Source: Rhizaria sp. SCN 62-66
Lineage: Eukaryota
NCBI GenBank assembly: GCA_001724265.1
Contig: MEDY01000100.1
Span: forward strand, 1-64,000
Length of the DNA stretch: 64,000 bases
Reading direction: 5' to 3'
Below, in pieces: positions 20,360 to 32,100 of this stretch. Every line of letters starts with the position of its first letter. The first letter of the stretch is position 1. Below the pieces are notes generated by a model. That model worked only from the letters and a program-made list of their open reading frames with translations. It was not told the DNA's origin and did no database searches. The position numbers were made by a program, and so were the translations under genes.

Positions 20360-23300
20360 ATGTCGAGTCGCCGCGTTCTCGACAACGACGATGACGAGGT
20401 CGATATCGACGCTCTCATCCTTAACCAGGGTACGATTTTAGCAACGTCATATTTATGTTCTACCGATTTACGCAGGTTGCATCCTTCCGCGCCTTTGTTG
20501 TCATAATGTGCACTCGTGTTTGTTCTCACGACCGACACCTTTGTTCCACTCCTTGGTCCTACTTGCTCCCCTTGCTCGCTTCACTCTGCGTCACACAGGC
20601 GCCACTGAGGACGCGTTTGCGGGCTTCACCAGCACCCCCACGGACAAGGGCATTGTTATGCGCGACGCTGATGACGTCGCCAACCTCGAAATCGACGACA
20701 TTTTCGACGGCCTCGCGCCTGAGCCCACCACCAGCTCCAGCTCCAGCTCTGCTTCGGCCTCTGCCGCCGGCGACTCGTTCACTACCCCGCGCCACGTGCG
20801 CTCCCGCGGCCGGTACACGGACGTTGCCAGCGGCACTCCGGGCTGGTTCCGGCTGCAGGCGTCGCCCCCCACCAGCACGCTCTACATCTCCCGCCAGGTA
20901 CTGCCACGTTCACTAAAGCCAGGATATCTCAACATAACTAAAACATTCTAACGTGTAACCTTGCTGCAATATGAATCTTGCGACATAACATTATTGTATG
21001 GAGTTTCCATCTAACATCTATTATCCTCGTTGTTTTGCACTCTGTATTCTACCTGTGCTCTCCAGGACCCCGGCCGCACTGTGTTGACTCTCCCGGCCCT
21101 CAGCTCAAGCTCTAGCTCTAGCTCTAACGCGCGCGCCAAGGCCGAAACCATCGAGTTCGAGCCCCCCGCGTCCGTCATCGGCGCCAGCACCTCGACCTCC
21201 GTTGCCCTCGACAACGGCATCGCCGCCATCAATCTGGATGACACCGCCGCCGCTGGCTCTCAGTCCGACGGGAACCCACACCAGCAGATCGCCATCAGCA
21301 CGGCGTCGGGCGCGCTCATGCCGCTGATTGACCAGCCCAAGTTCGAGATCCGGTCTGCTGCGGCCTCGGTGCGCGCCGCGAAGGAGGCCGCGGCGGCCAA
21401 GGCAGCCGAGGACAACCGCACGGGCGCCGAGGCGCAGCTCCGGTCCGCGCTGCTCTTCGGCGGTAAGGTCACCACGCGCGTCAACAACAGCACAGTCGAC
21501 AGCAAGGACAACAGCAGCAGCAGCTCTGCCAGCGCCAGTGCCAGCGCTGACTCGAGCTCCAGCTCGGCGAGTCATGTGACCGTGAGCAGCATCCCCCTGG
21601 GCCACGGCTACAGCATCCCACAGGACGACCTCCGGCAGCAAATCGACCGACTGGACGCCTCGGTGCTGCGCCGCACCTACAGCATCCTTGACAGCGAGGC
21701 TGTCAAGCTATATTCCGCGGTCAAGTCAGGCGCCATCGCCAACCCCGTCAAGACCGAGCCAGGCGCCGCGAGTGCTGACGCTGCCGCCGACGACGACGAT
21801 GACTGCGAGCCGATCGACTCGAGCGATCTCAGTGCGCTGGGCGCGCCGTCGCTGCGCGTGGGCTACTTCACCGGCCGCATCCGCGACGATGAGGCCGCGG
21901 GGCCCGGCGCGACGGGGCTCAACAAGCTCCGCCCCGGCAACGTCATCCTCGAGGGCGTCAAGGCGCTGCCCGGCTGCGCCCGCGTGCGACTCGGCCACGC
22001 CGCGCTGTCCAACGTCTCGCTCTTCCCCGGCCAGGTCGTCGTCGTGCGCGGCGTGAACCACACCGGCAGCACAATCGTCGCCGACGCCATCTTCAGCGAA
22101 TGCGCGCTGCCTACCAAGGAGGAGTTCTTCGGCGTCAACGTTAACACCTCCGCCGTCGGTGCCAGTACATCTGCGATGTCTGCCAGTGCGAAGATGACTG
22201 ACGGCGAGGAGGCCAAGAGCGAGAACAAGGCCGCCGCCAAGGGCGTCACCGTTAAGGCCGAGCCCGGCACCGCCGCCGCTGCCTCCGCGAGCTCTCACAG
22301 CGCGAGTAGTGACAGCCTCGCGCCCTCCGGCAGTAGTAGCTCGAGCGAGCCGACCGTGTTCTGTCCCGACGGGCTGTCGATGATCGTCGCGTGCGGCCCC
22401 TTCACGACGACGGACAACATAACCAACGCGCCGCTGTCGGACCTGCTGGCCTCGATCACAGCGTCGCCCGCGACCGCGCCCGCCGTGCTCATGCTCTGCG
22501 GCCCCTTCGTCGACGCAGAGAACCACCCCATGCTCAAGCCTGGTAAGTGACTATACCCCTATTAGGACAGAATTGAAATGATTTAAAAGGCTTGATTTCC
22601 ACCAATATCATGAAATATGTTTTTTTAACTCTATTTTGCGATTATTATCTTATCTTATTTTATTTTGCGTGATTTTTCATGAAAACAGATGTTTTCCGCA
22701 GCTCAACCTACGAGGGCTACTACGAGGCCCTGATCAACGACGTCGTCGTTCGGCTCGAGTCCGCCAAGCTTCCCACCAAGGTCATTGTTGTGCCTTCCCT
22801 CAAGGACACGCACCACTTCGGTTTCTCGCTGCCGCAGCCGCCGTTCGCGTTCAATCCGGACCCGTCGCGCGTGTTCAACGTGTCCAACCCCGCGCTGCTC
22901 AACATCGCAGGCACGCTCGTTGCCGTCACCAGCCACGACATTGTCTCCGAGCTCGGCCGCGTCGAGCTCTACGCGGAGCACAACAACGCCACTAACGCCG
23001 CGGTCAAGTCCGAGAAGTCCGAGACCGCTGCGAGCGACTCTTCGTCTACCTCAGCCTCTGCCTCCGCGATTGCTGAGGAGAGCAAGTCTGCAAGTAGTGC
23101 CGGTGCGAGTGCGGGTGCGTCAACGACGCACCCGAAGGACCGCCGTCTGATCCGCTTGGTTTCCGCGCTGCTGGACCAGGGCTCGTTCTACCCCATCTAC
23201 CCCCCGCCCGCGGGAACCAGCGTCGACCAGACGGCTTCGGCGCACGGGTTGGGCTTGTCGATTCCGGTCGCGCCCGACGTGCTCATCACGCCCTCGCGCC

Positions 23301-23512
23301 TCACGCGTTTCGCAGACCGTATCCCGCTGCCCGGCCGCGGCTTCTCAGGCCGCCGCAGTGACCCTGCGGTAGACTGCGAGCGCGCCGTCGTGTGCATCAA
23401 CCCGGAGTACCTCGCTAAAGGGCCCTCTGGCGGGTCCTACGCCGTGGTGACCGTGGGGCAGGGCAACGGGCCCGTGCCCGCCAGGACCAAGGTCGAGGTC
23501 GTCAAGATCTGA
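20360..23512 (+). CDS. POLA2: DNA polymerase alpha-primase subunit B (Pol12), about 889 aa
   Basis: Exons 20360-20429, 20599-20897, 21066-22542 and 22689-23512, phases consistent. GRI...KL...VILEG...SLFPGQVVVVRGVNHTG, VACGPFTT, CGPFVD, VVPSLKD, SNPALLNI, QGSFYPIYPP, PDVLITPS, CINP...GSYA. Confidence 0.9.
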
Positions 23513-23752
23513 AGTGAGAGGACAACAGATGTAATGTGTTGGAGTATTACTTAGATCCTCGACTGTGGCCTTGTTCGGGCCAGTTATATGTTGTGTTTGT
23601 CGATGATTTTGAGCAATAAAACAGTTTTTCTTGGATTTTAGTTGTCTGTATGTGTATTGATCGTGGATGACGACATTATCAGGCTAGGTAGTGATGGTTC
23701 CGAGTCTAGGTAAAGTTATGGAGCTCTGAGCAGGACAAGAGCAGCAGTAGCT

Positions 23753-24852
23753 TCAGTTGTTGCTGCCTGCCTCAGTCTCGGCGGCGGTGTCGCTGACCGT
23801 GGTGTTCAAGAGGGCCTCGAATGCAGCATAATCGTCCTCGTACGCCGCAAGCGCAGTCTCTGTAGAAGCGACTGTGTTGGCGTCTGTCTTAGCACTGTCC
23901 GTATCAACGCTGGTGCTGCCGTTAGCGTTGGTATCGGCATTGTCGTTACGACTAACAACGACCTTAAGCGGTGTCATTGCAAGCCGCTCTGATGCTGTTA
24001 AGGCAGTATCAACCGCGTAGCGAGCTTCGTTCACTGCCGCGGCGGCAGCGGCAGCGGCGTGGCTCGCGAACGCACTGTGGTCGCAGAGAGCAACAGCTAC
24101 ATCGGCGCATTCGGCGCCCGCAGCAAGCTTTAGCGTTGTCTGTGCAGTCACTGCACTCGCAGCGGCGGCGGCCGTAGCCCATTTGCGCCGCAGCTGAGTC
24201 AGCGGAGGCGTCATAGCGCGCAGAACTAAGTCTACAAGCTTAGATGACTGCAAACAGAAAATGAGAGGGATGGTACCAAACGGAATTGATGGATGTGAGA
24301 TAACAGCTATACCGGATTTCAACAAGTTTCCAAACATCATAAGCACACATGAATTAATAAAATATACATCATTCGTTTTGTTTTGCGACGTACCGAGCAG
24401 TAGATGTGGAAGTGGAGCGGCTCCGGCAGCGTAGCACCTGGCGGCGGCGGCGTCACTAGCGCGCCCCTGACCTCCACGACCACAGCAGCGGTCTGCGCCG
24501 CGGGCGCTGCGCCGTATGTCGTCGCCTGCTGCTGCTGCTGCTGTTTGTCGTGGTGCTGGAGCACACGCTGCCAGTCGACGGCGTGGACTGACTGTGCGAG
24601 ACCAAGTAACGACGGGAGCACGTCGGGCAGACCCAGGTGGGCGGCCTCAAAGAGCTCGAAACCGAGCAAAAGCTTCACGGGCGGCGGAGCCAGGCGCGCG
24701 GTGGAGCGGTTGAGTCCGAATTTGAGGCCCTCAAGCTCCTTGGGGTTGTATGGCACGGCTGGGACAAGGCCTGTGGACGTGGCAGGCATAGCGGGCCGCA
24801 GGCGCGGCGAGCCGCTCTGGCTGCGATCGAAAGACGAGCCTCGGTCGTACAT
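23753..24852 (-). CDS. Hypothetical protein, about 317 aa
   Basis: Exons 24852-24394 and 24247-23753 are joined in phase 0 by an AT-rich intron GTACGT...TTTGCAG. Coding-like composition with a polyQ tract; ends in TGA. No family recognised and the start is uncertain. Confidence 0.6.
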
Positions 24853-25315
24853 AATTGAAGACACAAAGTCGTATATACAAGGCACTGCTAATCAATATGT
24901 ATATAGCAGGTTTGACGATCAAGAACGGAAATACAAGCTCGATTCGCTGGTGTGCCCTCCTCAACTCGCACAGTGTTTCCAAGTTCGCAAAAAATCGGAG
25001 CGCTGACTGGAGGAGCGAGTCGACACACAGTCAAGATTTTTCGCAGCCAATTTGTGGCATGAGTTCATCGTTTAATTGTACCTAAACCAGTTATTCAAGG
25101 ATAAAACTTTATTTAATATTTGCTGACAACGTTCTTTTGCTATAATTTGTACGGTTGACTCATATACCTTATTTTTTACTGCTCCTGCCCGCATCTCCTC
25201 GAGTCCTCGCTTTAGTCTCTTCCTAGCGAGCCCACCACTTTTTCCCGAAGCCCCATAACATTTTCTATCAGCGAAGTAGATAGAGCCGCTGTTTTTCTAT
25301 CCTAACTCGCGTAAA

Positions 25316-26088
25316 ATGCCCGGTGGTATTTCTTCCTCGGGCGTTGCGAGCTTACCCGAGCCCCGGCGCGAATCTTCCCCCTCACAACCGGAGAGCGCCC
25401 CCGTGCTTCACGGCTCGGCCACTGCCCCGGACCCGCTCGCCAGCCCGCCAGCCCCGCACTGCCCGCCGTCCCCGTCCTCTGCCTCGCTCTCGGCGGGTAC
25501 GCGCACCCCCAGCAGTGCGGGCACGCCGTCTCCCGCCCGCTCCCGCGCGCACTCCCCGACCCTAAACTCGTCAACTCAACGAGAAACCGCAGGCAATTCA
25601 CCCCAGGCCGCCCCGCGCGCGCTCACGGTTGACCCCGAGCCCGACGCCACCGTCGCCGCTGCGGTGCATTTTGGCCCCGCGCCGGCGTCGCCCACCACGC
25701 GCCGCCGCCTGCTGCTGCGGCAGCCGCCCAGCGTTACCGTGACCGCCGCCACCACCGCAGAGACGCAAAGTAACAACAGCAACGGCCTTGTCACTGCAGC
25801 TCCTCTGCCGCCCCCGTCTGTGCCCCCTGCCCCGTCTCTTCCCCCCGCAACCTCTGTTTCTGTCACTGGCGCCGGCTCTAGCGCTGGCCCCGTGACTGCG
25901 ACTGCCACTGCGACTGGGACGGAGACCGGGACTGCGAGCGCTGCCGCTACCGTGCCGCCGGCGCTCGCCGTCTCCTCCGCGGCCGCGCACGCGCTGGACT
26001 CGCTCACGGCGCTGCTGCGCGGGCAGGCGCAGTTCCTTCTTGTCGCGGGCCACGAGCTGGGCGTGGACGGCGCCGACGACCTCGAGAT

Positions 26089-26125
<37 letters not shown>

Positions 26126-29100
26126 GATGCGAGCAACACTCTCGTCGCCCGGAGCAAGGGCAGCAACTCGGTCGACGGCTACGAGGGCATCCGTCTTGCA
26201 GCCGGGCTGCCAGACGGCTTAACTTCCACCTCCAGCACCGTTGGCGACGCTGGCGGCCTGCATTCCACCTCTACAAGCCCTAACGCCGCCGCGGCCGCTG
26301 CCGCGGCCGCTGCCGCCGCGGCCGCTGCCGCCGCGGCCGCCGACGCCGCCGACGCCGAGGGCGCGGCCGCCGTGGCCGCCGAGCGCCGCCGCCGCCGTGC
26401 GCTGTTGCGGGCGGCGCGGCACACGCGCTGGGAGGTGCCGCTACCCATGGGCGCTGCGGCAGTGCTGGAATACGAGCAGCTGCACGGGTCGCTGCCGGAG
26501 CCGGGGACGGCCGAAAGCGACGCTCTCTTCCACATCACTTCCAACAACAACAGCGCCAACGTCAACGGCAATGGGAGCAGCACCGCGGGCAAGTTTCAGT
26601 CCGGCCTCGTCGGTGCGAGTTTGAGCGTGAGTCTCAGCCACGCTGGCAGCGGCGCTCACCGGCCCGGGCTGCGGCAGGGGCTGTCCGAGGTCGCGCTCGA
26701 CGCCGCCACGTTAGCCCGCGACGATACGTTCAATAACAACTTTAGCGCGAGTCCGAGCGCGAACGTCGGGGGCAACTTCACTAACGGCGGCTTCTTTTCG
26801 CTCGCGCGCAACAACGGGCTCGTGCCTTCTGACTCCGCCGCGAACGGCGGCAGCGCGCTGCTGAACAGCTCGAGCGTCGCGGACGGCGACAGCGGCTTTG
26901 TCGGCAGCAGCAGCGGCTGGGGCGGCGACGGCGAGCGCCTCAGCAGCCTCGACCCCGGCGCGTACAACTACACTGACACGGCTACAGACGACAACAACAA
27001 CAATAACAATACTAACAACGCCAACTCTTTGGGCCACACCGCACCGAATGCGCTTGTGTTGTCGTCGTCGAACTTGTCGAGTAACGCGAACAACAGCACC
27101 GCAAGCCTGGTTTCGACGCCGACCGCCGCGGCCGGACTGGGCCTGTCGCTGGCGTCGTCGTCGCGCCTCGGCGGGTCGCTGCTGGAGGCGCGCGAGGACG
27201 GCTCCCGCACGCACACGGTCACCAACAACGTCGTGCGCTGGCTTAAGGTGTGCATCAAGCCCGCCAAGTACGTCGGCCCCGACGAGCGCGCCGCCGCCAA
27301 GCGCAGGCAGGAGCAGGAACGGCTGCACGGCCAGTCGCAGTCGCGGCGCATCGTCATGGACACGCTTGGCATGGGCATCGCGGCTTCGGCGAAAACTAAC
27401 TACAACAGCAAATCAAACGCGTACGTCTTATAACCACTTCACAGAGCGATCTCCTCTGTAATGTTGCATTTTCACACAATTATATTATTTTAGTTTCCCA
27501 CTCATTTTTAACACCCTTTCATTCTTCGCCCCACACAGCGCTGACGACGTCGCTGCGGCGGACAAGGCCGCGGACGAGTTCATCGCCTCGCACCCGGTCT
27601 GGGACGGCGTGCGCACACGCCAGGACAAGATCGACCAGTACAAGCAGCGCTCCCTGCACTTTTTCGAGCCCGAACACCCGTTCCGGCGCGCGTGCATCAT
27701 GACGGTGCACAACAAGTGGTTCGACCGGCTAATCGCAGTCACCGTCTTCGTCTGCTTCTTGTTCCTCGCCTTCGCCTCGGCGCGGGAGTCCCGCACCATG
27801 GCTACGGAGAAGAACATCTTCTACTGGGCCGAGCTGTCCTTTTCCACGCTCTTCACGATCGAGTTCCTGCTCAAGATTGTCGCCATGGGCTTCATCAACG
27901 CCGGGCCCCGCAGCTACCTCCGCAGCGGGTATAACATCATCGACTTCTGCGTGCTCTGGGTGGGCTGGATGTCGCTATCGCCACAGATCCGCTGGACCGC
28001 CATCCGGTCTCTGCGTTTGCTGCGTATCATCAAAATCGTCAACGCCATCAAGGGCATCCGCATCCAGGTCACCGCGATCATCTCGTCCATCCCTTCGCTG
28101 CGGTCAGTCTTCATGTTTTCCATGTACATCATCGTGCTCTTCGCCGTCTTCTTCACGCGCTTCGCCATGGGCGAAATGCGCTACCGCTGCACCGACTCGT
28201 CCACGGCCACAGCGCCGCCGGAGGTCGTGCTTTCGGGCCCCATGTGCTCCACGGACCCGTTCTGGGGCCGCAAATGCTCCGTGGCCGACTACGGGCCCGA
28301 CGCGGGCTGCCGCGACATCGGTGCCAATCCGAACTGGGGCGTTACGTCCTTCGACAACGTCGGCGTTGCCGCACTTAACATGCTCATCTGCACCTCGATG
28401 GAAGGCTGGAGCGAGATTATGTACTTGTACGGCGAAGTGACGACGCGCTGGATGTACATCCCGTTCCTCATCTTCATGCTGCTGGCCGCCTACGTCGCGC
28501 TGCGCTTTATCTCAGCCGTGCTGGTGCTGCGCTACGAGCAGGGCAAGGCCGCCGCCGAGTCGATTGAGGCGCTGTTCAAGTGGAAGAAGACCCGCCAGCA
28601 GCGCATCACGGTCAACAAGGTCGGCGGCATCGACGGCCAGGTCGCCGACATCTCCGCGCCGCAGCCCTCCGCGGCTTTCAGCGAGCTGGACAGAACCGTG
28701 AGCGTGGCTCCTGTGGCGACATCCATGGGCGCTGTGCTGGCGCAGGTCTCGCCCCGCGCGCTCTCCGCGAACAGCGCGTGCGGCGGCGCGGGCAGCAGCG
28801 GCAACCTGCTCACGCACAGCTCGAGCGTTTTCGCCAGCTCCGGATCCGGCGCCACCGCCACCGCTAGCGCTAGCAATGGCTCTGCTGCTGGTGCTGCTGG
28901 CAAGGGGCATGATGTGCCTCTGTATCTCGCTGCTGCGGCTGAGGTCGAGGCCGCCGCCGCTGCTGCTGCCGCCGCCGTCGCGGTCACCGACAACTCGACT
29001 GCGAGTGCAGGCGTGGAGATGCCGGTGCCCGCTGACCTGCCGTTCGAGATCCCCGTCTCCGCTCCCGTGACCTTCGCGATGGCGCTGGCGTGGCAACAGG

Positions 29101-32100
29101 TCGGCGACAAGGCCTCGTCCTTTGTCCACTCGGACCTCACCGGCAGCGCTGCCAACGCCAACGCGGCCTCGGCTGAGGCTGCGACTGCCGGCGCGGGTGA
29201 CGCGGCGGGGAAGACGCGCTCTCGCTCGGGCACGAAGACCTCGGTGCCCCGGGCTCCCAGTGCTCCGAGCGCGGCTGCTGCTGGCGGCATCATTGCGAGT
29301 AAGTTCAACGAGGAGGAGGAAGAGGAGGATGCCGTGAGGCCCATGCCTAGCTTTGGCCGCACCGCCGCTGCCTCCACGGCCTCAGTCGCCCCCGTCACCG
29401 CGCCTACTCAGGGCGCTCAGAGCGCGCAGAGCGAGCATGCTCACGATCATATGGTGCTGCGCCTGAACACGGGGCTGACGATCAACAGCAACGTCGACGA
29501 CAGCGACGACGATGACGAGCACGCCCACGCCCGCCACATCGTCGACTCCAACGGCATTGCGGGGACGCTGACAGGCGACAACGACAACGGCGACGACTTC
29601 GGGCTCGCGTCCCCGAACCAGTTCACCGCGCCGCCCACCCAGCCCATGCCGCTCACGCCCTCGGTCTCGCTCACCGTCACAAACAGCCGCAACGCCGCCG
29701 CGGGCCCCGTCATCGGCGGCGGCGGCGGCCCGTACAAGTCCCCTGGGGTGGTCCCGCGGTCGCCGCGCTGCTCCCCGCTGGCGCTGGCGATGCCGCTGCC
29801 GGCGATCACGCCCACCGCGCGCCTCAGCATCGTCGGCACAGGCTCGCTCCTCGCGCCGCACGACCCCAACGCCAGCGGCCACGCCACCGCCGCCGCGGGC
29901 GACTCGGCGACAGACCCGCAGCAGCAGCAACAGGCGCAGACGCCATTGCAGCAGCAGATGCAGCGTCGCCGCGCGTCCTTCAACCGCTCCTCCGCCACGG
30001 GCGCCTCCCTGAGCCGCGGCTGGGACGTCGACACGCTCGACTCAGGCTACGGCGGACCCTCGGCCGACCCCCTCGCGGCCGCCGGATTTACGCAGCCACC
30101 CATGGACGCCGGCCTGCAGCCGCCGCAGCAGTACGGCCGGTCGCCGGTGGTCCCGGGCGCCGCCGGCAACACGCTCACGGTTCCCGGGCTGTTGCTGACC
30201 GCCGCGGGCGCCCCGGGCGGCAGCCGCGGCAACAGCCCCGGCGCCAGCCCCCGGGGCAGCGTCAGCCGCGGCATGCCCTTCTTCAGCCCCGGTGGCCGCG
30301 CCAACCCCGGGAGCAGCTCGGCCGCGACGCCGGTCGGCGTGATGGGCGACGACGCGGTCATCGCCCCCCGCAGCGCCAGCGCCAGTGTGGCGTCACCGCG
30401 CAAGGTGCCCGACCTGGCGCTACCGCCGCCGCCCGTGCCGGCCCCACCGCCCCCGGACGACGACGACGACGATGTCCACGACGGCGGCAGCAGGGGCCCG
30501 CTGGCGCCCCCGCACCCGCCGCCGCGCCCCGACGGCAGCGGCGCGAACGACGGCACGCCCGCGACCGCTGCCGCTGACGCAGAGGCGCTGGCCGAACTGA
30601 CGCGGCAGCGCGGCGCGTCCCGGCTCCGGTCCGACACCGTCTCCCTCGTGTCCCCCTCGAACGCCAACGCTGATATCGCTGACAACGTCGACTTCAATCG
30701 CCAGGCCAGCGGCAGCGTCTCGCGCAGCGGCGGTGTCGAGTCCGGCAACAGCTTCCGCGGCCAGCCCCGGCTGCGCGCGGCGACCCAGGCGCTGCCGCCG
30801 CAGCAGCAGCAGGCGCCGCCGTCGCCGGTGCCGAGCAACAGCGCACGGCTGCTGGGCGCGGGCGGTGCGGCGGGCAGCAGCAGCAGCGGGACACCTATGC
30901 AGCGCAGCAGGTTCTACTCGCAGACGCACTAGCCACAGGCGCTGTCACAGCAGGGGGAGCGGTCCAACACGCAGCAACAGCAGCAGCAGCAGCAGCGGAG
31001 ACTGCGGCACCGCGTGCCTAAGGCTACCGGTGTGTCTTCAACCGGCGATAACGGTGACACAAACAACAACGCGGGCGGCGCCAGCGACATGTTCACGTTC
31101 GGCTACGACCACGACGACGATCACGACGACAACAACGACGATGGTGACGACAACTACAACGGCGAAAACGCCGCGGCCGCCGGTGAGAAGGCCGGTCTGA
31201 GCAAGGACAAGGACAACTCACGGTCCTTTTGGGAGGCGCTGCGCATCGGCTGCGTGCGATGCTGCCAGCGCGGCGGCTCGGGCGGCTGCTTCGCGCGCTC
31301 GGACCCGCGGTATGACCCCGCGCTGGGCTACGCCGTGGACCAAAAGAAGGACAAGGCCGAGGACGAATACCACGGCTGCTACTCGAAGCGCGCTGTGTGT
31401 GTGCGCAACCCCTTCCGGCTGCGCGTGGGCCACGTCGTCCGGTCCATTGTGTTCCAGCTCGTGATTTACCTGATCGTGCTGTACAACACTGTGACCATCT
31501 CGGTGCAGTACTACGGCATGAGCACCAGCATGAGCGACTGGATCTACGCGTCCACGCTCTGCTGCACCGCGCTTTTTCTCGCCGAGGGCCTGCTCAAGCT
31601 CTACGGTCTGGGCCCCTACGAGTACTTCCGCTCCGGCTACAACCTCGCTGAGGCCGCGGTCACCATCGGCGCGCTCATTGAAGCTATTTTGACCGACGGC
31701 GTGTCCATCTCGGCGCTCCACGTGCTGCGGTTCATCCGCCTCTTCGAGGAGGACACGTTGCTGAAGGCCGCGAAGGACTACCGCGCCTGGCAGCTGCTGC
31801 GCAAGCAGGAGGCCGTGCAGCGCGCCTCGGACGCTGGCGACGCCGCCGCTTTGGCGGCCGCGACCGCGGCGCTGGCTGAGGAGGAGGAGGCCGCCGCCAA
31901 CGCCAACGGCGGCGGGGCGTCGTGGCAGCAGAGCAGCAAGTTCATTCGGACTAAGTACTTCATCCGTACCATCGTGTCCTCGGCTAAGGACACCTTCTAC
32001 TGCATCTGCATCCTGATCGCGTTCATCTTCTTCGCCGCCGTCATCGGCCGCTCGTTCTTGGAGGGCAAGATGGTCGACCTCGACGGATTCCCCGTGCGCA

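Noticed and set aside
30828-30932. GT-AG intron removing the channel TAG
   Set aside because: The 22-nt candidate frameshifts. The in-frame 105-nt candidate has a GTGCCG donor, no pyrimidine tract and coding-like GC, unlike the 12 modelled introns.
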